This document shows positions 1-14,820 of a DNA stretch of 64,000 nt, piece by piece. The notes under the pieces were generated by a model. That model ran no database searches. It was not told where the DNA came from and was given only the letters and a program-made list of their open reading frames with translations. The DNA lies in the NCBI GenBank assembly GCA_016748015.1, contig JAAOMT010000697.1:129424-193423 (forward strand), written 5' to 3'. The position numbers and the translations under genes were made by a program. Within the stretch, counting starts at the first letter, position 1, and each line of letters starts with the position of its first letter. The DNA is from Geosiphon pyriformis uo1. Its lineage: Eukaryota > Fungi > Glomeromycota.

Positions 1-3000
1 TCCCATAATTATAAAGGTTGAATAAGTAATCATTGAAAATATATGGGAACATCATTGTCTTATTTGGTTCAGATTCTGAAGAAAATGGATCTGAATTGAG
101 TCCAACTGGTCTTAGCATATCTTCAAGACTCAAAGAAGCAAATAATGGTTGGAATGGTAATGGTTGAGGGGTTGAATTAAAAGTCGATTGGGTTGGTGGT
201 ATTCGTGGATCTTTGAAAGATTGTCGTTCCTGAATATAAAAATGAACATAAATTAGAGATGAGATTAATCGAGAAAAGTCAATGGAAAGCATAATACCAA
301 AGTACACGAAGAAGAGTTTTGCAAGAGGTTAGGATCAGTTTTGATGACGGTTATCAGTTCATTGAAAGCACCAAGAAGAAATATGTCAATTGGTAAGAAG
401 GAGAATAATAAAGCGATCGCGTGGATAACAATAGGTTGAACGGCAACATTCTTTAAATCTCGGCCTAGCACCGTATTCAATGCAGCTGTAACTATGTGTT
501 GAGGTTCAATCGGGGATGCTAAAATCTCGATACAGGCGATGTAAAGAGCTTGAACCACAGGATTAGCAATTTCACAATAATGTCTTTCAGGTTGTTTAGG
601 GTCGGATTTTGGCGCACATTTTTTCGGTGACATGTCTAAAAAATTTGAGTCCACAAGCGTTAAGACAAACATTTTGAATTTCAAATTAAAAAATGCAAAA
701 AGAGGAAAGTATAAATACAATCGGCGAGTTTATGAAAAACTCTGTGAAAATAATTTTCATCAAAAAGATTTTCGGGAAAATTCTCATCTTTTGCGTATTG
801 CAATAGCTCGGGAGCAATATCATACTCATTTAAATCTGCGAATCACACATGAGAATTAGAATAAACATGTTTGAGAAATTTCTAGTATCCTGAAAATTAG
901 AACAGGAAATATTTTTTCTTTACCAAGCAGATGAACCAATTTTTTACTTATGACCGGATCCCGGATAGTTTCCGATTGGTAATAGTAATGGAACAAATCT
1001 CTGACATAAGAGAGTAAAGTTTGATGATAGGGATACAAGCATCCGTAATTATCGAGTAACTTTGCGAGTATCTCTTTTTCCTCGAGCTCGATCAGGCGAC
1101 TGATCAAAAGATCAAGTATTGGAAGGGTTCTGGTGATCACATTAGAGTAATAAATCGGCATATGAATAGCAGAAGGCGGTTCCAAAATTTCTTTAACTGT
1201 TTCATATCCTTTCATGGCAAACGCCTCAAACTCAAAAAATTCCGGATACTGCTCCAAATATTTCATCAACTTTTCATGATAATCGTCTTCGGCCCAATAT
1301 CGATGGTTGAAATTTAAAGACATCAAGTGTTTGACGCGACTCGAAAAACCCTCCGATTGGAAAAGAAGATAATCCAAGAATCCAAGAGTGCTTTTGTGTT
1401 TTCCATGATCACAATCTCGATTACCTCGCATTAACGCGAATATAACGTGTTCGAATGCTAGTATCTGATATTTCCAAATTAAATCTTCCAGCATCTTGTA
1501 TAGCTAAATTTCATTTGTGTCATCAGTATTATAGTCGTAGTTGGAATTTTAGTCATACATCTTTTACTTACGATTTCACCGTAGCCGCAGTGAAAATTTC
1601 AATCAACAACGATTTTACTTACAATGTCAATATCAGTCGAGCCGTAATCTTGGTCAATTACAAAATCAACCATCACGATAGTGTATGTAGACATACGGGA
1701 TGGTGAAAACTGTAGCAAAACTTTCCGTAAAGCTAAGTTTCGTCGTTCAGAAGAACATTAAGGAGGTTCTCACAAAAAGAAAAAATAAAGATCAATACAT
1801 CTGGGAACGATAAAAAAGGATACGATTCATTAGGGAGGAATTAACCTTTTTATTTAGAATACAAAAAGTCCAAATAATGCAAAGAAAAATGGGTTGATTT
1901 TCTAGTTGAGAATAATGTTCTATCAACAGGTCCTCTTCACTCTTTTCGAAAGCTTGTCCTTTTAATAATTTTTCCAATATTCCACTTAAGCTTCCCTGTT
2001 TTATCAATTCAAAGACCTAGAAAATGATGAGATTAAGAAGAATCATGCACTTCTAAAAGTTCACACGAATCAACATTTGCGAACAATACCTTTGGAACAT
2101 CGAATTCGGGTCCTGTTTCTACTTGTTGGCTAGCAAGATAAACTTGCATTGGTTCAGGGAAATATTCCAACGTGTCTCGGGACCATTGAAGAGGTTTCGG
2201 ATATAAACTCTCCAAAACTCCCTGAATTAGGTCCAACGAAATATCGGAAAATCCTCTAAATTTTCCAAACTAATATAGCATCATTTGGTTGCCATTGATT
2301 TGCGCAAGAAAATGCCAATTAGTTTGCAAACCTAAACTTTATTAACCGGGAGATGGTCAATATCATGATTCTCGATAACATTTCTGATTCGCCAAACCAA
2401 AAGGATTTGTCACGATTTGGGTCGGCAAGTGTTTTGATAAATTTGACATCAATTTGTAACGTCTGTAAGATTTTCAAAGTGGGTATAAATTGATGTTTCA
2501 TAGAGATATCAATAAATCGAAAGTAGATGTTTACCATTGAATGGATGGCAAACATTTCTACACCACGATATATTTGTCGATGTCGAACGTACGATAGGGA
2601 ATTTTTAACGAAGTTTAACATATTAGACGCCCTTGGTGAAAATTTCAGAAATCTCAGGAGTCGATAATTCAACAGTTCCAGAATAGTATGATGCCATCGG
2701 GTTGTATGCTCCTGTAATGCAGATCCATTCTCGGCTCTTTGTTTAAGCGAGTTATCAACTTTTCTCAATTTGTCGAAAATTTCAGAGATCATGAGCTGTA
2801 ATCTAAAAGTCACAGAGAATTAGGCATCCATTTAAGAGAAATTTTGGAGAAAGGGCCTATTTGTGAACAAAATATCTATGAAAGGATACTTACGACCATG
2901 GAGCTCCATAAATAATTTTGTAGACTACATCGATAATGTACGGAGAAACACAATTCAAATTTTTACCAGTATCTGAATGAGACTTTGACCATGAATCGCC

Positions 3001-6000
3001 ATCGTGCACCATCTTGTGAATGAGTTGGCCAAACCTGTGGAAAGTATGTAATTTAAAAAAAAATTCTAGGTCGTTACCAGGACGGAGGGGAAATCAAAAG
3101 CTAAAATCTTTAATTGCCTGTTTTTTCCAAAGATATTAAGAAAATCCAACAATTTGTAACCGACATTTCCCCCTTTCAAAAATTTCGCATCTGGAAATGC
3201 TAGTTTCCCTATTTCGATCAATTTATCAGAGATCAGATATACGTATAAAGTATCGGCCACCGTAACTTTTTGGGCTTGGCTTAACACTGAGAGCTTGATG
3301 ATTTCTTCGAGTGGTAGATTTCGGAAAAGATCATGATTGGTAACTTTGTCTGTGTATGACAACCAAAAGAATCGAGTATAATCATTATATCATACAAGAG
3401 ATGAGATTTAGTAATCACTCCAACCGGATCCAAATATGGGATTTCTTGCCTTTGTAGGTTTTGGGGTAATTTATTAGTAGCTGATGACATACGGGGGTAT
3501 AATGTAATGCAGAGGCTAATTGTGGATGACGATATTTGAGGTTCCCTCTATCTTGAAGCGCTGGTTGTTGAAGACTCAACTTTTGAGAAAAAAAAACTCA
3601 TTGATCAACAAACTCTTTGATATGGTCATTTATAAATGGAGTAACATACCGCACAAGGTAATGATAAATCACGTAAATAAAAGGCGTCTTTTGATTTGAT
3701 TTGATTCTCGTTATACAGCCCCACAAACATAGTAAACAGCCTTTCGTCGTTTTGAAGATCTGGGACAATGACCTTTGCTCCTATCGCGTCAATGTCTAAT
3801 GGAACACAAGCGATGGATACTGAGCATTAGACGCGGGATTCATTGTTTACGCCCGAAACAGATTCCAATTAAAGAAAGGATACGCCAGAGTTGCAAAAGC
3901 AACCAAATCAATGTGTTATCTTTTTGCAAAATTGGATGAGAATCATCGTTATCGTCGTCTTCGTCATCACCAGGTTGAAGAAGTCGGACAAAGTCTATGA
4001 GAAGATCTTCATATTTTATAAAACTAGAAATAAATGAGTTTGAATCAAAAACTAAATTTGGTCGAGAAAACAGCGCGCATTTGCTCACTTACTCTGATGC
4101 GACTAAACTATATAATTGATCTGCCATTTCAATAACAAGCTCCCAAAAATCTAGATTCTCTGGAATTACCATATCTTCATGGGAGAGCATCTGATAGTCT
4201 AAAGATGATTGATATGGTTAACAGGAATAAAGGAAAGAATTCTCCAAGTAGAATCAAAATCAACATGAAGTAAAATCGTGTTTTATAAGACCAGAACCAT
4301 GAACCTTTTCGTGGTTCAAAATTAGAATGTTGTTGCGTAAAGAGAACTACATCCTTAACTCGAGACACAATCGCTTTATGTAGTGGTTTTAATAAATCGG
4401 TAATAGATTTTGCCTCGGCTAATGGTAATCTGTCATTAATAGATTTTAAATTTTCTATCATCTGTTTGACCTCTTCGACCGGAGCATGTTGAAAGAACAT
4501 GTCGCGAAAATTAGATGTGAGATTTGTTGCCTGTCCTTGTCGGACCAATTGTTCCTGAAGGAAAATCAAGTAAAAATCAAGTTGATGATGAGAAATAAAA
4601 ATAAGCGGAAGAATGAGATCTTACATATTCACATTCAAAAGGTCGATTTTTTGGTAATGAGGCTAGATGAATATATTCATGGGGATGACTGTGAACAAAA
4701 GATTCAGATTCAGATTCAGATTCTAACAAGAAGGCAAAGGGCGAGAAGGATATAAGGTCATTGATTCATACCTGTAAGCAGAGATCAGTGGCCATGATGC
4801 ATCTGTAAAAGGATATTTAAATTTCAAAAATTAGGAATTCTCATATAAATTATTATTATTATTATTTTTCAAAATTTATTGTTATACTTTCCAGGTGGCA
4901 TCATTAAATAGGCAAGGTTCTGTCGACGTCTGCAAAGACCATCAATTAATTGCTCCATAGTCCAATGAACATTTTGATAACGACCATTGACCAGCTTCTG
5001 ATTGTCATATATGGCGGGTAACTAAGGGAGGTGGAAACTAGATTAATTTTCTTATGATCAAGAACAAAAATGAGAAAATAATCAGATATAAGAAGGTGTT
5101 ACCTGTTCAATAATTTGGTAATGAGATATTATGCTAACACCACTACAACAACGTCCAATCAAGAATGCATCGATCAAGTCGAGGCTTTTTTCAATACAAT
5201 CAAATTCAATTGTAGAAAGTTGTTTGGGCAAAGAATTTGCCATCCTCAAAATCTGTTTGACCAAGTTAATGATCAAATCAGGATTGACTTGGACGAAATC
5301 ACTTTCATGTTCTCTCATAAGAATGAACAGAAAGTTGATGGTACCCATCCATAACGGCGGACAATCGATAATAAAAAGATTGGGAAAAAATCGAAGAATC
5401 TGTGATATAGTGACCTGAGGACGTTGTTGCACGGTTGCCTGAGATAAATCTTGGACATCCGTTTCAATGATCAGGGTAGCTGGCATAGGATTTTGAAGAA
5501 TTAATCTTTTCAGTATAGAAAAGATGAATATTATTCGGGGCCATGAATTGGGATGTTGAACGAGTAATAGGAAAACTTTGTGTAAGACTGGTTCCTTATT
5601 CAGGGCAAAATAAGGAGATATATGATTAATATCAAGGGGTTTGAAATGAGGAGGAGGATACGGAGAAATTTCTATGGGAAATTAAGAATGTGTACCGTGT
5701 ACCCGATCTCCATTGAAATTTGATTAAATTCCTTGATAAGATTATTGATGGTATCAGAATTTTCCAGATCCAAATCAGCAAATTCATTTTCTTTCCCAGC
5801 CACTATTATCTTTTTACGACGTTTAGTAGGTCGATCGAAAATACTGGTTCAAGGATAATTTTTCCAAAGATTAATTTGGAAAATTTTGCAATATTCAAAT
5901 AATTTTTGATCATCTTTAAGATTTTGCAATTTCTTTTTAGAGGTTTTTATTGAAATCTTTTTTTTTTATTTTTCTTATTTTTCCAAGATTATAAAAACGT

Positions 6001-6074
6001 ACCCAAAATAAAAGCCATTTGTCGACGATAATCCAAATGACTTTTCCTGGAACCAATAAAATTGTTGAAAACAT
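1..6074 (-). CDS. MED23: Mediator complex subunit 23, multi-exon; 3' end beyond the left edge, start codon not resolved (exons reach at least ~5845, probably ~6050)
   Basis: Successive minus-strand exon ORFs (5082-5486, 4177-4569, 3840-4088, 3066-3490, 2319-2813, 2033-2236, 1792-2007, 856-1494, 265-720) separated by short AT-rich introns. Motifs HRYWAEDDYHEKLMKYLEQYPE, MPIYYSNVITRTLPILDLLISRLIE, GCLYPYHQTLLSYVRDLFHYY and IANPVVQALYIACIEILA match recalled MED23 C-terminal blocks. The frame is still open at position 1. Confidence 0.9.
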
Positions 6075-6189
6075 ATCAAATTTAATCCTTCCCATTAAAT
6101 AGAAATTGAATTAAGATCACATGAAAAAATTTCCACCATTACCACCCCCAAAAAATATAATCTAAATTCTGATCAAATTTTGAAAGAGG

Positions 6190-6345
6190 AAAGGGGAAAA
6201 GGGAAAAGGGAAAAGGGAAAAGGGAAAAGGGAAAAGTGACAAGAAGAAGAAGCAACAAATCAAGGTTGAGTTTGTATTTTACGGTTTTTTGGGACAAATT
6301 TTCAAAGTTACTCTCTCTCTTCTAAAGAGAGCCAAAAGTACAGGA

Positions 6346-6416
<71 letters not shown>
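6190..6416. repeat. Purine-rich simple repeats (AAAAGGG-type units, then (GAAA)n) upstream of MED23
   Basis: gggaaaa units at 6190-6236 and gaaa units at 6343-6416. Confidence 0.9.
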
Positions 6417-6417
<1 letters not shown>

Positions 6418-7399
6418 AGCAAATATATAGACTAAATAAAAGTTAAAATGACACTGGTGAAATAATTCGAGTATTTTTCTCACACCTCTTGATATTTTTT
6501 TTCTTCTGCAGACAAGATAGCGGCGAGAGAGCGTTCAAAGTTTTCAGCAGACATATTATGGTATAAAGTAACGGAGACAAAGAGGAATCAGATATATTAA
6601 AAACGAAGAGGGTACCATAATTAATGGACCAAATTGATTGTGCCACTGCCCCAATTTAGGTCGAAAATTTTTGAAAATCAAGGAGTAAATAAATTTCTTT
6701 TCATCGTTCTTTGATAAAAAAATTTGTTTTAAATAGTCATGAACGATGAATGATATCTGTAATATTTAACTAGAAAAAAGAAAAGATAAATTAAATTAAA
6801 ACATAATTTTCATATTTTTATTGCACAAAAACTATATTTTGTAATTATTATTATTATTATTTTATTAATGATTTTACTATTATTATTTTATTAGACAGTT
6901 TTTTTTGATTTTATCATTATTTTATTAATGATTTTATTATTATTTTATTATTGATTTTACTATTGATTTTATTATTGATTCTGTTATTGATTTTGCTAAA
7001 ACAGAAAGGGTTTAAACATGTGTATATATAATAGAAATAAACATAAAAAATATTTTAATAAATTTGAGATTTTTAATTAAAGAATATTTTTAATTTTTTA
7101 ATATATCAAGATGATTAAAAAAATAATTTTTTTTAAAAACACATTAAATAACAAATTGATTTAAAAAAAAAAAAACTCAAAGCCTTGGATTTTTGAAATT
7201 TTTTCAAGTAATTCTCTATTCTATTTAATTTAATCTTTTTTTTTTGGTAAAAAAAATTTTAATTCAAAAAATTGGGATACAATCTTTTAATCTTAAAGAT
7301 AATAGAAATATCAATATCAATAGCAATATCAATATCAATATCAATATCAATATCAATATCAATATCAATATAAAGAATCATATAATAAAATTAATATAC

Positions 7400-7467
<68 letters not shown>

Positions 7468-7559
7468 CATCATCATCAACATCATCATCTTTTCAAAATT
7501 TATAATCAACAAGCTTCGTGATTTTCTTTTTCCACGTTTCTTAAATTGATAATCCTTTA

Positions 7560-8480
7560 AAAAACCATTTGACTCTGGGTATTTCAACCAAATCGTCATT
7601 TATAATGAACAATGGTGAAATGATCAAAATACATTCGGGAAAAAAAATGGCAAACAATTGAAAGTATGCCGAGGATTGTTTTTTTTTTCATACGAAAATG
7701 ATGTAGCGTTAAAAAAGTGACATACAGGAGAAAAATTAATTAAATTTTTTTCTATTTTTTTTTTCCATTCACTTGTGAAAATTACATGACATGCTGTCCG
7801 TTATCTTGGATTTTTTTTCACTCATACTACACGAAGATCTAAACTTTGTTTAATTAATTGAAGGCATAATAATCAGCTGAAATGATCAAATATTTCGCGC
7901 GCGTGGTATTGGGATATTAAAAAAATATATTTAATTGAAAGAAAAATGATGTGGGTTATAATGAAATTAATATTTCCATTGTTAAAAAAAAAAAAAAAAG
8001 GGTTCAAACACCATCATTCTAATACATTCTACGAAAAAAACACGTGATAGTTTGAACCAAAAATTTTTCCATGATAATCATGAAATGAAATCATTATGCT
8101 TTTATTTTTATGTCATGATTTTTTAAACAATGAAAGCTATTGTGATAGATCATTTAATAAACGAATGATTTTCATGACTTTTTTGAAATGCTTTTCATTC
8201 TAAAATTATTTTTTACAGGGGAAATTTTTTTTTTTTTTTTTGGGAACATCAGCATGAAACTTTCCTTTATAGTTTATGATCTGATCTGAAATGTTTTTTA
8301 ACTCCGTCAATTTATCCTAAAGAAGAAACTTTATCATTTAAATTAAAAAATTGATCTGATAGTTGGATATTTAATTTATCTCGATCTGGTAGAATGTGTA
8401 GAATGTGTAGAATGTGTAGAATATCAAGCAATAATTCGCTGATGCCTGCATCATACATGCGCACTATTATTATGGAAATT
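7560..8480 (+). repeat. Arm A of a diverged non-coding inverted duplication (partner ~19310-20160)
   Basis: Several collinear blocks match the reverse complement of 19310-20160, e.g. aattgaaggcataataatcagctgaaatgatcaaatatttcgcg vs aattgggagcgtaataatcagctgaaattttcaaagatttcgcg. Confidence 0.75.
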
Positions 8481-8813
8481 ATCAGTATTATCATCATCTC
8501 GATGAACATAATTTACACATGTTATTTTTATTATACTAACCCCAACTAAAAATTCTGAAAAAATTCTGAGAATCTCGAATTGGTAAAGTTTTTAAACTTG
8601 GAAAAGTTCAGGATATAAAGCGGTGTAACGTATAACGAAAAATTTTTCTAGGTAAATCGAAAAGAAAAATGGGGAACTTTGAAATACATTATATGGAAAT
8701 TGAAGATGGAGATTTGAATTTAGCGATTAAAAAAGAATCCTTTCAATCTGTCGGATCATGCTTTGATTATTGATTCAAGTTTATAATTCGAATATTTTTG
8801 TTAGTACTATTAC

Positions 8814-8848
<35 letters not shown>

Positions 8849-8898
8849 TTTACTATTATTATTTACTATTATTATTTATTATTTACTATTATTATTAC

Positions 8899-8935
<37 letters not shown>

Positions 8936-9185
8936 TACTATTATTATTATTACTATTATTCTTATTACTATTATTCTTATTACTATTATTATTATTAAAA
9001 AATCCTCGTATTTACCCGATATATAAAATTTAATATAATTTATTAACATGATTTTTTAAAAACAAGTTTTTAATTACCGCAAGGTTTTTGTATGCCCCCA
9101 AAAAAATTTCTAAAATTTTAAATTCGTCAAACAGTCGGGTAATTAAAAAGGTTGATCCACCACCAACACTAACACTAACACTAAC

Positions 9186-9237
<52 letters not shown>

Positions 9238-10452
9238 ACACCAACACAAATTGAATTTAAATCTTTTACGGTACGACCAAGCTGTCAAAAAAAAAAAATT
9301 TTTGTGATTATCCCGCACTTTTAAAAAAAAAAACAAATCGTAGAAATAATTTTGATGGTTTCCGGATAAACTTAATTAATGATGACAAGTTTCTCGTTAT
9401 TATTAACTATAAGCAATAAAAAATAAAATCAGGTTTGAAGCTTGAATGTGTGATATCATGATAACCATATATTTATAATGATCAAATAATATATCAATTA
9501 CAAATTTGTTGATATTTGTAAAGATTTTATTGATATTTTTTCGTTTTTCGAATTTTTGAATGTCAACTTCCAAATCGTGTTTTTTGTTAAGACAATTTTT
9601 CCCCAAACTTTTTTTTTTGATAGCTGTCAAAGTATATGAAAAAATATTTCAATTATAGAAACTTATCAAAAGTTCAATCTTTTTTGAATAACTGGATCAC
9701 AGCTAAACTTGGATTCTCATCTTGATCCGATCCCTACTGAACATTTATTTTTATTTTTTATTTTTTTATTTTTTTATTTTTAATTTAACTACTATTAACA
9801 TATCGTCTGTGCCAAACTGCTGGTTAGCCCCTGAAAGACGCGTATCAACATCCTGTCAAAAACTGTGCTAAACCAAAACGGCAGGGGCAGTTAATGAAAC
9901 GGGTAGCTAATTCATGCTTGGTTTCGGAAATTTTTATTATCATCCCAAAAAGTCCAGGGTCAAACCTAAAAATTTCCTCCTACTTTTTTTTTATCAGCAA
10001 GATGATCTTAATTTATTTTTGGAAATTTTGTTAATGAGGGGTATAATGTTATCTAATCGGATCTATGAAAGTTGAGGAAATTTTACATATTCCCTTTATT
10101 TTATTTATCTATCAATCCATCCATCCATCCATCCATCCATCCATCCATTATTTTATTTTATTTATTTTATTTTAGAAGAGGAAGAAGAAACTTTTCCCGA
10201 CTCTAGAGAACTTTTTTTTCCTTTCAAAACTAGCTATCCATCTTATTTTCCATGGCATCTCTTTTGTTTTACTTTCTTACAAAGACGTCTCGACATGATA
10301 CTCCAAAAAAAAAAACCTATTTTTAAGTTTCATTTAACGCCATGGTGTGACAACTGACAACACATACTATCTATTGCAGGATCTATTAAACAGGCGTATT
10401 CGATCATCAAGAAATCCAAGTTATTCGTTTCGTTTTAAAGTTTACTATGAAC

Positions 10453-10487
<35 letters not shown>

Positions 10488-11045
10488 CATATATTATAAA
10501 CGTGTGACCCCAATCCGTACAGTTGAAACTTTGAAAGGTATATGGGTGATGCGGATTAGGTAACTTTTCAAGGATAAGCAAATTGAGTGCAGAAAATTCA
10601 AACTATGTTATAACATGAAAATTTGAAGATCTGAACTAAACACAATATTTAGGTTATTTGTATCCCCATTGAAATATTTGAATTTAAGTTCAAGTTTCAG
10701 TTTTCATTTCTAATTTACAAAGAAAAAATGTATTATCTTTCTTATTTGGGTAAAAACTATCGCCCAAAGACATCCTGAACAAAATCCTTTTGTTACAAAT
10801 GGGAATATGACATCTCATTACATTATTTACAAAACTGCAGTAAAAAAAAGGCTAAAGTATTATGGGGATAATACAGTTGCTCTTAAATATCTTTTTTCTT
10901 TGGTGTTAAATTTAAATTTAAATTTAAATATTCAGTTTTAGTTTTAGTTTTAAATTTTTCATTGTTCCTTTGTACAGAGAATATGTTAGAGATTTTCGTA
11001 GCAGGTATACGGAGGTTGATTAATTAAAACTGTCAACCATCGCTG

Positions 11046-11054
11046 CTACTGCTG

Positions 11055-11093
<39 letters not shown>

Positions 11094-11215
11094 TTCTACT
11101 TCTACTTCTACTTCTACTTCTACTGTTACTTCTACTTCTACTGTTACTGTTACTGTTACTGTTACTGTTACTGTTACTGTTACTGTTACTGTTACTGTTA
11201 TTACTACTGCTACTG
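11046..11215. repeat. Compound microsatellite (CTA)n/(CTACTT)n/(CTGTTA)n
   Basis: Seen directly. One of many (AAT)n, (TAC)n, (AG)n and (CATC)n tracts between 6.8 and 20.5 kb. Confidence 0.9.
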
Positions 11216-12313
11216 CGGAGACTCGGGGAACCATCACCGATTTACTGTTCTAAAGGCTTAACTACCTTTGTGTAGAAATGCTGTGTCACCACGATATTTA
11301 TGCATGGACAGCACGTTTATGCACAGGAAGCATTAGAACCTTTTGATCTGAAATGATAGAGCACCTTAGCATTACTCTTTCTAGTAGTCAATTTAAACTT
11401 GAAAGTGTTGCTGGCAGCTAGCAGATTTTTTTGCAGCATTAGCTTGTGAATCTAATCGAAAGGATGAACAACATGCGCGGTTGTAAATTATAATTTTCGA
11501 GACACGGTAACAAAAAAACTTTTTTTAATCCAATTTATGATTGTATGATCAAGATGATAATAATAATAATAATAATAAACACGTGTAGATCGACCTATTG
11601 TTAATATATTTTTTTTATAATGAACTTTTCAATATAGATTAGATTATTCCGATGTTTTTTTTTTCTTTAGTTTTTTCGAAAAAACATTGGGGGTGATTTA
11701 AAATTTGAGAAAACGAAAAATAAATAAAGATTTTTGAAATTTAATAATAATGATCCCAGCAACCACTTTGACATATTTTTTAATTGACATGGTTTTCTTT
11801 TAATTAAACAAAGAAAAAAACAACAACAACAACAACAACAACAGAAAAACAATAAATAACAGAAAAAAAATAAATAATAATATATTTTTTCCACTATCTA
11901 AATATTTGGTAACGCGTAACGGGCACATCATTAATTGAGAATCTTTTTATTTATTTATTTTTTGACAGTTTTTTTTATTTTATTTTATTTTTTGACAGTT
12001 TTTATTAAATTTTCTATTTGAAAAAAAGAAAATTTTTATAATGATAATTTATTTTTAAAATAGTATTATAAAATAAATTTTTGTTCAAAGAAATGTATAT
12101 ATATATATATATATATATTTGATTTATGCATACAATTTTTTTAATCTTTATTTAAAAAAATTTTTTTTTTAATTTATATCATTAAACAAAATAAAACATG
12201 ATCCTAATTATTATTATTATTATTATTACTATTATTACTATTACTATTACTATTATTACTATTACTATTACTATTATTACTATTACTATTACTATTATAA
12301 TTATTACTATTAC

Positions 12314-12374
<61 letters not shown>

Positions 12375-12905
12375 TTGGAATACATGATTTACAACAATAT
12401 TAAATTCCGAAACTTTTATTTTTTTTTACAAACTTCCATTTCAAGTTATCAGTGTTTCAATAATAATAATAATAATAATAATTTCATAATTTTTACCCAA
12501 TGACTCGAATTTTTTTATTACCAAATTAAGCTTTTAGGATTTTTCACAAGTTTAATTTTTCTATTAAGAAAAGAATTATTTGTAGATTATTAAATTTTAA
12601 CATGATCTGGTTTTGTTATTTGATTTTTATTTATTTATTTATTTGTGTTTATTTGTGTTTATTTGTTTGTTTGTTTGTTTGTTTATTTATTTTTGTCTGT
12701 CTGTCTGTCTGGTGTATCTGTCTGTGTGTCTGTATATACTACTAAATCTGTGATTCTTGTATCGCGTTAATTATGGGTTTTTTTATTTGTTTATTTGTTT
12801 ATTTGTTTATTTATTTATTTATTTATTCTGTGATCGCGTAAAGTTTAAAAAAAAACCTTGTCTGATTTTTGATTTTGATTGATGATGATGATGATGATGA
12901 TGATG

Positions 12906-13002
<97 letters not shown>

Positions 13003-13149
13003 GATCCCGATTATAAATCTGAGGGGAAAACTAAAAGGTGAGGATCATTAATGGATCGACAACAATTCGGTGCGATTTTTGGAGATAGATGATTTATGGA
13101 ATTTTTTTTTAATATCACCCAATTGGTTTTTCTCGAAGACCATGATGGC

Positions 13150-13169
13150 NNNNNNNNNNNNNNNNNNNN
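13150..13169. other. Assembly gap (20 N) next to a (TAT)n tract
   Basis: Run of N. Confidence 0.99.
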
Positions 13170-13263
<94 letters not shown>

Positions 13264-13782
13264 TATTACTCTTATTATTTATTTTATTTAATGCGTTAAC
13301 TAAGTGTGATCCAACCACTACCCTAATTATTATTATTATAATGTTTCTAATCATTAAATTTTAAAACATTTCCAATCCCATTTATATCGATTCTCAATTA
13401 GATTGTAATTTAGTTAAAACAAAAAATTGTTCACCATTTTTTTGAATTGAACTTTTTTCCGAGTATCACATGGGATTTTCACTTTATATGTTTTAAAATA
13501 CTTTTACTTAATAATATTATACTTAATACAATAGTCTAAAAGTATTTAAAGAGGTAACTAACAGATAACAAAAAACGTTTCTAAAATTTTTTTCAACTGC
13601 TGGAAAATTTATCGATTCCTAAAAGTAAAAAAGCTTCCGTCTTTATTAACGTTTTGAAATTAAATCTTTAGATTAATTAATTAATTAAAAAAAATAGTTG
13701 TTTTCATAACAACTTTTTTCCCTTTTTTTTTTTCCTCATTTTAATACGACTTTCCAAATATACCTTCGTTTTTCCTCCACTA

Positions 13783-13825
<43 letters not shown>

Positions 13826-13902
13826 GTCTTTATTTTTTTTTTTAAAAAAAACACCAGCAGAAGGCAAAATTTTCACCTTTTTTTTTTAAATTGAAAAAAT
13901 CG

Positions 13903-14467
13903 ATGGCTGCAAAATTGGAAAACATTTTACATCCAGACGCAAAGAATATTTCAACGATTGAAATGCCAGAGAATTTTCCTCAATACCCTCAAAATCGACC
14001 AAGATATCTAAACTTTTTTCCTAAACAAGAATCTCCACAAGAAATTTCAACATTTATGCATCCTACTACCACTTCTACTACTACTACTACTACTATTTCT
14101 ACTACCACTAATAATAATAATAATACTATTACCTTATCACGAGAAATTATTTCTGGTAGTAAGAAACGTTCACATTCAACAATTATCGATAAAACAAATG
14201 CACCTAGACCATACGAGTGTACTATATGCCGTAAAAGATTTTTCCGTTTGGAACATCAGGAAAGACATCATAGAATTCATACGGGAGAAAAACCTCATCG
14301 TTGTGAGTTTCAAGGTTGTGAAAAAAAATTCAGTAGATCTGATGAATTAACTCGACATCGAAGAATTCATACCAATCCAACGAAAAAGGATAAAAGAAAA
14401 CAACAAAAATTAAATATGGATTTCAAAAATAATCAATCAGCAAAAATTGATCCTTATTTGACTACTC

Positions 14468-14499
<32 letters not shown>

Positions 14500-14779
14500 G
14501 CTACTACCACCACAACTAGTCTTTATGATCATTCTAAAGTTTCTCAAAAATCTTTTCAACAGATTGATACAGTTTTGGCAAATTCCGATATTAGAGAGTT
14601 GGACAACAAAAAATTTCATCGTTCAATCAATTCCGATTCTTTGTTAAGCCCTCCATTGACTGGAACTTTTGGAAATTTTAATTCAGAAAGTTCAGACTCT
14701 GAGAATGAAAAGTTCACCCCTTTAACCCCTATCATTTCACCTCAGATTGATGAAAATCATCATCATCATCATCATCATC

Positions 14780-14820
<41 letters not shown>

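Noticed and set aside
6190-6236. Interstitial telomere-like repeat
   Set aside because: The unit is AAAAGGG, not TTAGGG-like; it is a short ordinary purine microsatellite
8312-8509. Paralogous small secreted peptides (ORFs 8312-8509 and 19242-19448) in the inverted duplication
   Set aside because: Frame and stop are not conserved and the hydrophobic N-termini derive from simple repeats
10508-10560. Stem-loop ccaatccgta...tgcggattagg as an ncRNA
   Set aside because: Only ~10 imperfect base pairs and no recognisable RNA family features
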